Shown here: in pieces, positions 46,556 to 56,808 of the stretch
Layout of the letters: each line of letters begins with the position of its first letter
Position numbering within the stretch: the stretch's first letter is position 1
Notes under the pieces: generated by a model
Databases searched by the model: none
What the model saw: the letters and a program-made list of their open reading frames with translations, nothing else
Told to the model about the DNA's origin: nothing
Made by a program: the position numbers and the translations under genes
NCBI GenBank assembly: GCA_965243205.1
Contig: CBDEUK010000002.1
Span: 1,024,001-1,088,000 of the forward strand
Reading direction: 5' to 3'
Length of the DNA stretch: 64,000 nt
DNA from: Gammaproteobacteria bacterium
GTDB taxonomy: Bacteria > Pseudomonadota > Gammaproteobacteria > Eutrophobiales > Eutrophobiaceae

Positions 46556-47743
46556 TTATCCCGCTAAACCGCCGAGCAAATCGCGTTTTAAGTCCTCAAT
46601 ATCTTCTAAGCCAACTGAAATCCGTACCAACCCAGGAGAGATCCCAGCCGTCACTCTTTCCTCATCAGTCAGGCGATGGTGAGTGGTAGTTGCAGGATGC
46701 GTAATGGTGCTTTTGGTATCCCCTAGATTCGCTGTGATGGAATAAATTTGCGTCTGGTCGATTAATTTCCAAGCCGCTTCTTTGCCGCCATTTAATACGA
46801 AACTCAATACGCCACCAAAACCCGCTTGTTGCGATTTTGCTAACTCATGTTGCGAATGTGACTCAAGGCCAGGATAGAATACTTTCTCAACAATCGATTG
46901 TTGTTCCAGCCAAGTCGCCAATTCCAACGCTTGTTCACAATGTGCTCGCATTCTAATGGATAATGTCTCTAGACCTTTCAAAAACACCCAGGCATTGAAT
47001 GGGCTCATTGAAGTCCCTGCTGTGCGTAAAAAACCAAAGACCTTATCACCTAGTATTGATTCTGGCCCAACGATGGCTCCACCCACACATCGACCTTGGC
47101 CATCTAAGTATTTTGTCGCTGAGTGAATGATAATGTCTGCACCAAGCTGTAATGGCTTTTGTAAAGCTGGAGTACAAAAACAATTATCCACGACCAATAA
47201 ACAATCATTATCATGGGCAATTTGAGCCAAAGCCTTAATATCGACCAGTTCAGTCAAAGGATTCGACGGCGTTTCCACAAACAGTAATTTTGTTTCTGGT
47301 TTTATTGCGGCTTGCCAACTTTCAAGATTCGATAATTCAACAAATTCTGTATTGATACCGAATTTAGGGAAAATATTATTGAATAGCCCAACTGTCGTTC
47401 CGAAAATACTACGCGATGCGACGATGTGGTCACCCGCTTCTAACAGTGCTAGACATAAGGTTGTAATTGAGCTCATGCCTGATGAAGTAGCAATGCAACG
47501 CTCTCCACCTTCCATCACGGCTAACCTTTCTTCGAATGCTCGAACGGTTGGATTGGTAAAGCGTGAGTAGATATTACCTGCTTCATCTCCAGAGAAACGT
47601 GCAGCAGCTTGGGCAGCATTTTCGAATACAAAACTAGACGTCGGATAGATAGGCTCAGAATGCTCACCTTCGTGAGTTCTACTGATCCCAGCCCTGACCG
47701 ATTGGGTCGCTAGCTCATATTCTGACAAATCAAATTTAGACAT
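46556..47743 (-). CDS. metZ: O-succinylhomoserine sulfhydrylase
   Basis: EHSEPIYPTSSF, YSRFTNPT, HSATKYLDGQGR, ANLGDTKS; GGAG RBS before ATG 47743. Confidence 0.95.
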   Translation of the reverse strand: MSKFDLSEYELATQSVRAGISRTHEGEHSEPIYPTSSFVFENAAQAAARFSGDEAGNIYSRFTNPTVRAFEERLAVMEGGERCIATSSGMSSITTLCLALLEAGDHIVASRSIFGTTVGLFNNIFPKFGINTEFVELSNLESWQAAIKPETKLLFVETPSNPLTELVDIKALAQIAHDNDCLLVVDNCFCTPALQKPLQLGADIIIHSATKYLDGQGRCVGGAIVGPESILGDKVFGFLRTAGTSMSPFNAWVFLKGLETLSIRMRAHCEQALELATWLEQQSIVEKVFYPGLESHSQHELAKSQQAGFGGVLSFVLNGGKEAAWKLIDQTQIYSITANLGDTKSTITHPATTTHHRLTDEERVTAGISPGLVRISVGLEDIEDLKRDLLGGLAG

Positions 47744-47802
47744 TATAACTCCAACTATTTTCTGGCCTGAGTTCGAATAGCGGGAAGATAATGCTAGACA
47801 TC

Positions 47803-47850
47803 GTCGCTGCAAACGTCCTGTCTTCTCGCGACATACAGTACATCCTGTAC
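47803..47850 (-). repeat. Two-GGA (CsrA/RsmA-type) element in the metZ leader
   Basis: GTACA-GGA-TGTAC hairpin, then GTCGCGAG..ACAGGACG..AGCGAC. Confidence 0.55.
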
Positions 47851-47852
47851 AT

Positions 47853-47886
47853 AAAAAAACCCGCTATCAGCATTTGCTAAAGCAGG
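47853..47886 (-). terminator. Riboswitch-controlled intrinsic terminator
   Basis: CCTGCTTTAGC-AAAT-GCTGATAGCGGG followed by T7. Confidence 0.8.
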
Positions 47887-47887
47887 C

Positions 47888-47941
47888 CCTCTCTTTAGCG
47901 GTATTTTTAACGCGCCCGCAAGCTGATCTTCAAATCGGCGC
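47888..47941 (-). promoter_or_regulatory. SAM-II riboswitch
   Basis: GCGCCGATTTG..TTGCGGGCGC..AAAAATACCGCTAAAGAG matches the SAM-II consensus; upstream of metZ. Confidence 0.88.
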
Positions 47942-48010
47942 AACAAATTTTTATCTAAGTTAGTTCAAGGCGTATAGAAAGTCAATATTCTATGTAATGA
48001 CTTCAGCCTA

Positions 48011-49201
48011 CTAACCGTTCGTATAGAGATAGCCTCCGACAGTAAACAATAGGAAACCTATTAATAATAACCATAGAATTAAACGTTCACGTAAAGCAGT
48101 ATGTACAATACGTTTACCACTATGAATCGAAGCTGTTTGTCCAATACGCTTTTCTAAAGTCTTGAGTACTTTATCAACCTGTAGAAATGAATCAGTGTTG
48201 GTATGTTGGGTCTTAACGCCTTGCGGTTCTGTGCTCGCAGGTAATTCAGTGGTTTCTTCTGCATCTCTAACTTTGGCATGTATTTCAGAGAAGTTTTTAA
48301 TCTCCTGTGTGCTCTCATAAAGTCGCGCACGGTTTTCTTCATTGATAGAGATAATCCGACGCTTAACCGCTTCAACCACATGATTCGCACTTTGAAAACG
48401 CTGTTCTAAATCAAACGCCATCATGCGTTTAACAATTTCAATCGTTCCTTTACCACATGCCGTTGGGTGTTCGTAAGAAATTGAGCCCGATAGATGTCCA
48501 TGAATAATATCTTGTACGGTCGCACCACTCACAGGTAAACGACGAAACGCCATGTAATAAGCCACACAACCCAAACTGTAAATATCACTGCGTTTATCTA
48601 ATGGGGCTTCAGGATTAAATGTTTCAGGTGCCATAAAAGCAGGAGAACCCATAACCACTGATGCTCGTGTAATGGTTGAGTCTTGAATATCACGAGCTAA
48701 GCCAAGATCGGTTATATAAGGTCGACCTTGTCGTGAGAGTAAAATATTTTTTGGTTTAATATCGCGATTAATAATGCCATTACGATGCGCTTCTTGAACC
48801 GCCGAACTGGTCATGCGTAATAATTTGAGGATATTCATTTCCTCTACATGATCATAATGAGCTTTTACGAATTCATCTAAGGTAAAGCCATCGACAAAAT
48901 CGATAACAATATAAGGGCGGCCTTCAAATTGACCGTAATCGATAATACGTGTGATACAGCTATGATTGAGTTTGGCGACTAGTTTCGCTTCACGTTCGAA
49001 ACGCAGGATGTATTCTTCACGTGATGTTTCCAAAAGTTCATCACGTACTAATTTAACTGCAACATCAATATCCAGGTTTTCATGGTAGCCCTTGAAGACC
49101 ATACCCATTGACCCTTCACCAATGTAATCGGTAATTTGAATATTGCCAATTTTTTTACCCAGGAAATCGGTGAAATCTACCTGAGTTATTTTTCTATTCA
49201 T
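48011..49201 (-). CDS. Hanks-type Ser/Thr protein kinase with C-terminal TM anchor
   Basis: GEGSMGMV, VAVK, RFEREA, NRDIKPKN, DLGLA, GSPAFMAPE, DIYSLG. Confidence 0.92.
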   Translation of the reverse strand: MNRKITQVDFTDFLGKKIGNIQITDYIGEGSMGMVFKGYHENLDIDVAVKLVRDELLETSREEYILRFEREAKLVAKLNHSCITRIIDYGQFEGRPYIVIDFVDGFTLDEFVKAHYDHVEEMNILKLLRMTSSAVQEAHRNGIINRDIKPKNILLSRQGRPYITDLGLARDIQDSTITRASVVMGSPAFMAPETFNPEAPLDKRSDIYSLGCVAYYMAFRRLPVSGATVQDIIHGHLSGSISYEHPTACGKGTIEIVKRMMAFDLEQRFQSANHVVEAVKRRIISINEENRARLYESTQEIKNFSEIHAKVRDAEETTELPASTEPQGVKTQHTNTDSFLQVDKVLKTLEKRIGQTASIHSGKRIVHTALRERLILWLLLIGFLLFTVGGYLYTNG

Positions 49202-49250
49202 GGTGAAATTACTGTACTACCGTATTGTTAAAAATAAATTTTTTATTCGT

Positions 49251-50624
49251 TTAAATATCACGGTGTTCACGATTGAGTAATTCTCTTAATGCAGCCGATA
49301 AACCCTCTAAATCAGAATTTTCTAATCGGTCGAAATGCTCTTTCGCTTCTAATATTTGTTCCTTACGAACTAAATCGACTGCAGTATTTAAATCTTGAAG
49401 AGGTTCTGTGGTCATATGCTCTGTGTAATTCAAACCAATTTTGATTTCATCATCTTTTAGATGAAAAATCGTTATTGACTCAATTAACTTCCACATGAGT
49501 GAACCCGTGATAAAACTCCATAACAAACACACGCCCACTCCTAGACACTGAGTAAGAAAAAATTTATAGGTAGTCAATGGCTGTTCTAAATTTTTATTAT
49601 GTAACTCCAAAGACTCAGGGGTTATTAATATTGGAACAAGAATAATTCCAATAATGGCGGTTATACCATGCGCAGCTATAACATCCGTGGCATCATCAAG
49701 TTTAAGCTGTTCAACAATGCTTGAACTCAAAGGCACAATAATTCCTACTATAATTCCAAGAATCATCGCCGATTCAGGCTGGATCACATCCGCTGATGCT
49801 GAAACCGCGACTAAGCCAGCAACAATACCAATGTATAAACTTTTTAAATTAGCAATCCCTTGATAAGCCCAGGTACTTAACAAAGAAATTAAACCACCAA
49901 AGCTCGCTGCTACCAGTGTATTAATCATAATAATGATTTTGCCATTAGCTGAACTTGGCATGGCTAACATAATGCCAAACCAACCAATGAGTATAATGAT
50001 CATACCTAACGCATACATAGGAGCATTGGTCGTGAATACTTCAACTAAGGCTCCTCGTTGATCAATTCTAGAAGTTCGTGGGTCAAGCTTTCTAATACCC
50101 GCTAGAGCAACACAAGCTCCAGTTAAATGGATAACAGAAGCACCTGCAAAATCATGGAAACCCATTTGCGTTAACCATCCACTACCCCAAACCCAATGCC
50201 CATAAACTGGGTAAATTAACAATGACATGGCAAGTACGATTAATACAAATGGTAAAAACTTACATCTTTCCGCTACTCCGCCTGCAATAAGCGCTACGGA
50301 AACACAACATAAAGCAGCAAATAGTAAAAAGTTAGTCAGCACACTGGTGTTAGACGCATTAAGAAAGAATGACAAATCTCCGATATAGCCGCCAGATTGT
50401 TCTGATGCAGACATTAAAGAATAACCGAAGATATAAAACGTACAGAATACAATGCAAATACTCACCACACTTTTAATGGCCGTATTCATGGTATTCTTTT
50501 TTTGGATAGAGCCGATTTCAATACATAAAAAACCAGCCAATAAAAGTAAGATTAGAGCGATACAAAATAATAATGAAATTGAGTGAGATAGTTCAGTAAC
50601 TGATTGAATCGCTTGTTGTTGCAT
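49251..50624 (-). CDS. Divergent ammonium transporter (Amt) family protein
   Basis: AGFLCIEIGS..KN, GGVAERCKF, YPVYGHWVWG, HDFAGASVIH, GLVAVSA, DDATDVIAAHG, GLNYTEH. Confidence 0.88.
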   Translation of the reverse strand: MQQQAIQSVTELSHSISLLFCIALILLLLAGFLCIEIGSIQKKNTMNTAIKSVVSICIVFCTFYIFGYSLMSASEQSGGYIGDLSFFLNASNTSVLTNFLLFAALCCVSVALIAGGVAERCKFLPFVLIVLAMSLLIYPVYGHWVWGSGWLTQMGFHDFAGASVIHLTGACVALAGIRKLDPRTSRIDQRGALVEVFTTNAPMYALGMIIILIGWFGIMLAMPSSANGKIIIMINTLVAASFGGLISLLSTWAYQGIANLKSLYIGIVAGLVAVSASADVIQPESAMILGIIVGIIVPLSSSIVEQLKLDDATDVIAAHGITAIIGIILVPILITPESLELHNKNLEQPLTTYKFFLTQCLGVGVCLLWSFITGSLMWKLIESITIFHLKDDEIKIGLNYTEHMTTEPLQDLNTAVDLVRKEQILEAKEHFDRLENSDLEGLSAALRELLNREHRDI

Positions 50625-50727
50625 AAACGATGTTATACCAGAAACCTATACAGTTAGGCCATTACTATTAACGCCTCTACTCATTTACTTCATGAAAACG
50701 TCATATTTGATTAGCAAGCAAAAAACC

Positions 50728-52239
50728 TTACGAGCTATTAGTTAGTTCGATTAAATTACCGTTATTTTTTTCTCGAATGTTTTTGGCGCCATCATTACGT
50801 AGGGCGGCGAGGTTTTCCAGGTAAGCATCATTGATATCTCCAGTAACATAATTTGCGTTAAAGCAGGAGGTATCAAACTCTTTAATTGAACTGCCTTCTA
50901 ATTTCACAGAAGCAATTAAGTCTTCAAGGTCTTGATAGACTAACCAATCGGCACCAATTTGATTGGCAATTTCTTCCGTCGTGCGATTATGAGCCACTAA
51001 TTCTTCGACCGCTGGCATATCAATACCATAAACATTTGGGTGACGAACCGCCGGGGCTGCTGATGCAAAATAGACTTTATTGGCCCCTGCATCTCGAGCC
51101 ATTTGAATGATCTCACCTGACGTTGTACCACGTACGATTGAATCATCCACCAGCATGACGTTTTTACCTTTAAACTCAGCGGCTATCGCATTGAGTTTTT
51201 GTCGTACGGAACGTTTTCTGACTGCCTGGCCAGGCATGATAAAGGTACGAGGAATATAACGATTTTTAATAAAACCTTCGCTGTATTTGACCCCAAGTTT
51301 TTCAGCCATCGGTAAAGCACAAGTACGACCAGTATCTGGTATCGGAATGATGACGTCGATATCGTGGTCAGGTCGTTCACGTAAGATTTTGTCTGCAATC
51401 GCTTCGCCCATTCTAAGACGAGTGTTATAGACCGAAATATCATCTATGACTGAATCTGGTCTGGCTAAATAAACATATTCAAAAATACAAGGTGCGTAAG
51501 ACGCATTTTCAGAACATTGTCTGCTATGTAATTGACCGTCTTTCGTGATAAAAACGGCTTCACCAGGTTCAATATCTCGAATGACTTTAAAACCTAAGGC
51601 TTCGATTGCAACCGTTTCGGAAGCAATAATGTATTCCTTACCTTTACTGGTTTCACGTTCACCAAATGCTACTGGACGAATGCCTTTGGGATCACGAAAA
51701 CCGAGTACCCCAAATCCCGTTATCATAGCGACTGCAGCATAAGCCCCAACACAACGGCGATGTAAACGTCTTACTGCATCAAATACATCATCCACAGATA
51801 AACGTAATTTACCTAAGCGCTGAAATTCGTGCGCTAAAACATTCAATAAGACTTCTGAATCTGAGTCAGTGTTTAAATGACGAAGATCATCGCGAAACAA
51901 CTCATCTTTGAGCATTTCACCATTGGTCAGATTGCCATTGTGTGCCAGTGTGATCCCATAAGGCGAATTGACATAAAATGGTTGCGCTTCGGCCGATGAA
52001 GAACATCCTGCAGTAGGATAACGAACATGGCCTATTCCCATATCCCCTTTCAAATTCAACATATGTTGCATTTGAAAGACGTCTCTGACATAGCCGTTTT
52101 CTTTACGTAAATACAAACGCCCATCTTGGTATGTCACCATTCCAGCAGCATCCTGGCCACGATGTTGTAACATCGTTAATCCATCAAAAATCATTTGATT
52201 CACTGGATTTTTACCAACAATGCCTACAATGCCACACAT
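50728..52239 (-). CDS. purF: Amidophosphoribosyltransferase
   Basis: MCGIVG, LQHRGQDAAG, GHVRYPT, VDDSIVRGTT. Confidence 0.97.
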   Translation of the reverse strand: MCGIVGIVGKNPVNQMIFDGLTMLQHRGQDAAGMVTYQDGRLYLRKENGYVRDVFQMQHMLNLKGDMGIGHVRYPTAGCSSSAEAQPFYVNSPYGITLAHNGNLTNGEMLKDELFRDDLRHLNTDSDSEVLLNVLAHEFQRLGKLRLSVDDVFDAVRRLHRRCVGAYAAVAMITGFGVLGFRDPKGIRPVAFGERETSKGKEYIIASETVAIEALGFKVIRDIEPGEAVFITKDGQLHSRQCSENASYAPCIFEYVYLARPDSVIDDISVYNTRLRMGEAIADKILRERPDHDIDVIIPIPDTGRTCALPMAEKLGVKYSEGFIKNRYIPRTFIMPGQAVRKRSVRQKLNAIAAEFKGKNVMLVDDSIVRGTTSGEIIQMARDAGANKVYFASAAPAVRHPNVYGIDMPAVEELVAHNRTTEEIANQIGADWLVYQDLEDLIASVKLEGSSIKEFDTSCFNANYVTGDINDAYLENLAALRNDGAKNIREKNNGNLIELTNSS

Positions 52240-52244
52240 ATTAT

Positions 52245-52769
52245 CTACCCTTTATTTTGCAAATTCGGAATGATTGTTGTCTTATAACCATGATGTTCTG
52301 CAACACTTTGCGGTAAATATTGACGTCCTAAAACACATAAAGTCTGAAATGGTTTGATCATTTTTGAAGTCTGCCACCAAGGTTCTTGCGGAAACGCTGT
52401 GAAACCAGCAAAAAATATTACCAGTGTCACGATCGCTCCACCCAATCCGACTCCAAAAAATAATCCAAGCATTCTATCTGCTGCGGTTAAACCACTTCGG
52501 CCTAACAACTTAACGATTAAATAGCCCAAAGTCGAAAAGACCATCAAGCTAATTAAAAATAGCCCTACAAAGGCCAAACCCGTTCGTATCGCCAGAGAAT
52601 CCACAACATCAACTAACATAGGCTCAAATACTGAAGAAAATTTCATTGCTACGCCACCCGCAACTGCCCATGCTAGAAGTGAAAACAAAATATTCAGAAA
52701 CCCATAAAATACCCCGACTAATGCGGGTATAGCGATAATCACTAATAAAACTATATCGACGGTTTCCAT
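52245..52769 (-). CDS. cvpA: CvpA family protein
   Basis: TM protein with GLTAADRMLGLFFG; dedD-cvpA-purF synteny. Confidence 0.9.
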   Translation of the reverse strand: METVDIVLLVIIAIPALVGVFYGFLNILFSLLAWAVAGGVAMKFSSVFEPMLVDVVDSLAIRTGLAFVGLFLISLMVFSTLGYLIVKLLGRSGLTAADRMLGLFFGVGLGGAIVTLVIFFAGFTAFPQEPWWQTSKMIKPFQTLCVLGRQYLPQSVAEHHGYKTTIIPNLQNKG

Positions 52770-52866
52770 GAAATTATTTACACAGTAAAACTAAAAATTG
52801 GATTCTACGCTATCAAGAATTTTTGTCATCATATGGTAACAATGATGATGGCAGGATCAATGATTT

Positions 52867-53520
52867 TCAAGGATATTCAATAACAATACCCTGGATTTTC
52901 ACCAGCTCATTGAGTCGTTTTTTCAAGGCTTCCGCTTTGGCCTTATCGGCTTGAGGTGGGCCAACCCTGACACGATAGGTAGTTTTAGTATTAGCGGTAT
53001 TTTTTAATGGATCAATAAACGATTTAAATTGCTTATCGAGTAATTTTTGATTCAGCTTTTTAGCATTCTCTTCGCTCTCAAAACTGCCTAATTGAACAAC
53101 CCAACCTTTACTAATCCCCATTAGTTCTTGTTCCGTTGGTGTTTTCACAGGGCTGGTTGTGATACTGACTGACTCAACGGATTGCATTTGTTCCGCAGGT
53201 GATTGTTCTGAAGATTGATTATCAGCTTGAGGCGTTGACTTAACTTCAGCCGACTCTGCTTGTGTTTGCTCTAAAGGTTCTTCAATAGTGCTAACCTCTG
53301 TCACAGTTTCAATTGATTCGGTGATTGGTTGTTCAATCACTTCATTAATTTCAGTGACAGGAACTAAACTGGTCTGAGGTTCAACTTCAGATACAGGTTG
53401 ATTTTCTTCTGGCATTACTAAAGTGACAGGGGCATCACTTAAAAATAAAGGAATAAAAATAGCGGCAAACAGTGTTAGGACAATTGCACCAATCAGCCTT
53501 TGTTTTAAATTCGTCTCCAT
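52867..53520 (-). CDS. dedD: SPOR domain cell-division protein DedD
   Basis: LKQRLIGAIVL, WVVQLGSF, YRVRVGP. Confidence 0.88.
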   Translation of the reverse strand: METNLKQRLIGAIVLTLFAAIFIPLFLSDAPVTLVMPEENQPVSEVEPQTSLVPVTEINEVIEQPITESIETVTEVSTIEEPLEQTQAESAEVKSTPQADNQSSEQSPAEQMQSVESVSITTSPVKTPTEQELMGISKGWVVQLGSFESEENAKKLNQKLLDKQFKSFIDPLKNTANTKTTYRVRVGPPQADKAKAEALKKRLNELVKIQGIVIEYP

Positions 53521-53529
53521 AAGTTAAGA

Positions 53530-54813
53530 CTATTCGTTATTCAAAATACTAATTGCGGCACCGACCGTTATAAACGAACCGGTGATAATGATCCTATCAC
53601 CTGGAACCGCTTGTTGTTGAACATCCTCAATAGCAGTAGCCATATCGCTAAAGGTGGTGAAAGGTTTATCTGTTCCTAATTTATTTAATTCATCAATCAA
53701 AATTTGTGTATCCGTTGCTCGAGGAGAATCCAGTTCAACAATACGCCAGCTATCGGCAACTTTATCAAGCTCCCGAAAGACGGCGGTATGATCTTTATCA
53801 CTCAACATACCGATAACTATATGAGTGCTACCCTTACATTCTAGTTCAGATAAATTTTTTGATAGAGTTGTTGCCGCTTGTTCGTTATGAGCAACATCCA
53901 TAAATATGTCGACATCACCTTCAATCTTTTGAAAACGCCCTGCCAATTCAAACTGCTCTAATCCTTGTCGAATAGATGCTTCAGTTATTTCAAATTTTTC
54001 TGGTAAACAATGAAGAGCCATCATAACACCAGAGGCATTAAGCATTTGATACGAGCTGTGTTCACAAGGACGAGGCAATGACTCATACCCAGTTTTTTTA
54101 CTGTTCCAACTCCAATCATCAGAACGTTGTTCGAAAGAATAATCTCTATTTAACAAAAATAAGTCTGCATTAATCTCATTAGTATATTCAATCAATGATT
54201 CTGGCGGATTCTGATCTGAGCAAACAGCTGGACGATTTGACCTACAAATACCTGCTTTCTCTCTTGCAATAAGATCGCGTGTATCGCCTAACCAGTCTTG
54301 ATGATCGAGAGCAATACTCGTTACTAAAGCAACATCGGCATCCAAAATATTAACTGCGTCTAATCTACCGCCTAGACCAACTTCCATCACAGCAATATCA
54401 ACGCCTTGGCGAATAAAAATATCAATCGCCGCTAAAGTCCCAAATTCAAAAAACGTCAGTGATATATCGTCACGTGCACAATCAATACGTTTAAAAGCTT
54501 CGCATAACGATTGGTCATCGATTTCTTCACCGTTGATTCTTATACGCTCATTATAACGAATCAAATGCGGTGACATATAAGTGCCAACTTTATAACCAGC
54601 TGACTTGAGAATATTAGATAACATGGTAACGCTTGAACCTTTACCATTCGTTCCAGCGACACTAATCAAGGTAAAATCAGGATTTAATATATTGAGTCTA
54701 TCAGCTACTTCTTTGCAACGATCGAGTCCTAATTCAATAGAAGTAAAATGCAAGCCTTCTTGCCATGACAACCAATCTTTTAAGTTATCAAACCTGACTT
54801 CTTGTTTATTCAT
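53530..54813 (-). CDS. folC: Folylpolyglutamate/dihydrofolate synthase
   Basis: VAGTNGKGS, EVGLGGRLDAVN, DHQDWLG, DVAHN. Confidence 0.96.
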   Translation of the reverse strand: MNKQEVRFDNLKDWLSWQEGLHFTSIELGLDRCKEVADRLNILNPDFTLISVAGTNGKGSSVTMLSNILKSAGYKVGTYMSPHLIRYNERIRINGEEIDDQSLCEAFKRIDCARDDISLTFFEFGTLAAIDIFIRQGVDIAVMEVGLGGRLDAVNILDADVALVTSIALDHQDWLGDTRDLIAREKAGICRSNRPAVCSDQNPPESLIEYTNEINADLFLLNRDYSFEQRSDDWSWNSKKTGYESLPRPCEHSSYQMLNASGVMMALHCLPEKFEITEASIRQGLEQFELAGRFQKIEGDVDIFMDVAHNEQAATTLSKNLSELECKGSTHIVIGMLSDKDHTAVFRELDKVADSWRIVELDSPRATDTQILIDELNKLGTDKPFTTFSDMATAIEDVQQQAVPGDRIIITGSFITVGAAISILNNE

Positions 54814-54853
54814 TGGTTTATTCGATCAGAAATAGATAGAACTAATAAATAGA

Positions 54854-55717
54854 TTAATTTGTTGTAGCTTGATGGGTAAGAATGGATAAAAGAGAATGAA
54901 TGCGATCACGCATTTCTCGTCTATCTACAATCATATCTAAATCGCCATGTTCTAATAAGAATTCACTACGCTGAAAACCTTCAGGTAATGTTTCCCGAAC
55001 AGTTTGTTCAATGACTCGTGGACCAGCAAAACCAATTAAAGCACCAGGCTCTGCAATATTGATATCGCCTAATGTCGCTAAACTCGCAGAAACACCACCC
55101 ATGGTAGGATCGGTCATTACCGAAATATATGGCAATCCTTTATCTTGTAGTTTGGCCAATGCAGAACTGGTTTTGGCCATTTGCATTAATGAGACTAATG
55201 CTTCTTGCATACGCGCTCCACCACTGGCAGAAAAACACACTAAAGGAATTTGATATTCGATTGCGGTTTCCACAGCTCGAACAAAACGCTCACCAACAAC
55301 AGATCCCATTGAGCCACCCATAAAATCAAATTCAAAAGCACATGCAACCAAAGGCAATTCTTTAACGTAGCCCATCATCACGACAAGAGCATCTGTTTCA
55401 CCTGTATTTTTTTGTGCGGCATATAAACGATCTTTATATTTCTTGCTATCGCGGAATTTTAATTTATCGACGGGCTTTACCTTATCGCCTATTTCGGTTC
55501 GATCATTCTCATCAAGAAAATGTTCAATTCGTTCGCGAGCATGAATGCGCATATGATGATTACATTTAGGGCAAACATGAGCATTACGTTCTAACTCAGC
55601 ACGATACAAAACCTGACCGCAGTTAGGACATTTCGTCCACACACCTTCAGGAACAGAACGACGACCGTTACTGTCAGTTTTAATACGCGAAGGTAATAAT
55701 TTTTGAAACCAACTCAT
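54854..55717 (-). CDS. accD: Acetyl-CoA carboxylase carboxyltransferase beta subunit
   Basis: Zn finger [39 protein letters not shown]. Confidence 0.97.
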   Translation of the reverse strand: MSWFQKLLPSRIKTDSNGRRSVPEGVWTKCPNCGQVLYRAELERNAHVCPKCNHHMRIHARERIEHFLDENDRTEIGDKVKPVDKLKFRDSKKYKDRLYAAQKNTGETDALVVMMGYVKELPLVACAFEFDFMGGSMGSVVGERFVRAVETAIEYQIPLVCFSASGGARMQEALVSLMQMAKTSSALAKLQDKGLPYISVMTDPTMGGVSASLATLGDINIAEPGALIGFAGPRVIEQTVRETLPEGFQRSEFLLEHGDLDMIVDRREMRDRIHSLLSILTHQATTN

Positions 55718-55750
55718 TTCGTTTTCTACCGTAATCTAATTTTTATTTTA

Positions 55751-56557
55751 CTAAACGCTATCTATTGCGGTTCGTAAGTTTAAAAGAAATTCCTTTGCAA
55801 CATTCCGTAATTGCTGTTTAGGTTCTGCATTTTGATACAAATGTTGAACTAATGCACTACCTACTACAACTGCATCACTGATTGAAGCCACAGATTTTGC
55901 AGATTCAGCATCTTTAATCCCAAAACCAACACCTATCGGTAACGATGTTTTTTCACGGATCTCATTTAATTTTTGATTCACCTGAGCAACATCGAGACTG
56001 CTACTACCCGTCACCCCTTTCAGTGAAACGTAATACACAAAACCGGATGCATTATCACATATGGATTGCAAACGTTCGCCATGAGTCGTTGGCGCAATTA
56101 AAAAAACCTGGTCGATATCGTGTTGTTGTAGTAATCGATTAAATCCATCGGTCTCTTCAGGTGGTAAATCAACAATTAATACACCATCAACGCCTGCTGC
56201 TTGAGCATTTTTTACAAAATTTTCATATCCCATTATTTCAATTGGGTTCAAATACCCCATAATGACAATAGGCACTTCGTTATTAGTTTGCCTAAATTCT
56301 TTTACAATATTTAATACATCACTAAGGCTAATATTATGTTCCAAAGCCCGTTCGCTGGCTCTTTGAATGACTGGGCCATCGGCCATTGGATCGGAAAATG
56401 GCACACCTAATTCAATAATGTTTGCCCCACCTTCAACTAAACCGTGTAATAACTCAACGGATATATCAGCATGAGGATCGCCCGCAGTAATGAAAGGTAT
56501 TAACGCTGTTTTATTTTGCTGTTTTAATGTTTCGAATAAGGTTTGAATACGACTCAT
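55751..56557 (-). CDS. trpA: Tryptophan synthase alpha chain
   Basis: ELGVPFSDPMADGPVIQ, YVSLKGVTG, VGFGI. Confidence 0.97.
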   Translation of the reverse strand: MSRIQTLFETLKQQNKTALIPFITAGDPHADISVELLHGLVEGGANIIELGVPFSDPMADGPVIQRASERALEHNISLSDVLNIVKEFRQTNNEVPIVIMGYLNPIEIMGYENFVKNAQAAGVDGVLIVDLPPEETDGFNRLLQQHDIDQVFLIAPTTHGERLQSICDNASGFVYYVSLKGVTGSSSLDVAQVNQKLNEIREKTSLPIGVGFGIKDAESAKSVASISDAVVVGSALVQHLYQNAEPKQQLRNVAKEFLLNLRTAIDSV

Positions 56558-56596
56558 AATTTATTTTTATTATCTTGAGAAATGTTATGACGAAAT

Positions 56597-56800
56597 TTAG
56601 TGGCCTGAATCATTCTTTAACTTAAGTTTCAATTCAAGTAATTCAATTGCCATATCTGGTATCTCTTCGTGTTGTTTACTTTCAGAAGATGCTAACCATT
56701 TTCCAACTTGTTCTAAATCAACTTTAACCATCTGAGCAACATCTAGCCTTTCGAGTTTATGGTCTACGATTAAATCAATTAGATGTTCACGGTTATCCAT
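56597..56800 (-). CDS. Small hypothetical protein (possible HTH)
   Basis: 67-aa ORF fitted between trpB and trpA; LERLDVAQMVKVDLEQVGKW. Confidence 0.65.
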   Translation of the reverse strand: MDNREHLIDLIVDHKLERLDVAQMVKVDLEQVGKWLASSESKQHEEIPDMAIELLELKLKLKNDSGH

Positions 56801-56808
56801 AATGCTCT

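Noticed and set aside
47744-47812. Extended metZ N-terminus from the ORF track
   Set aside because: A good RBS precedes ATG 47743, and the extension overlaps the regulatory leader
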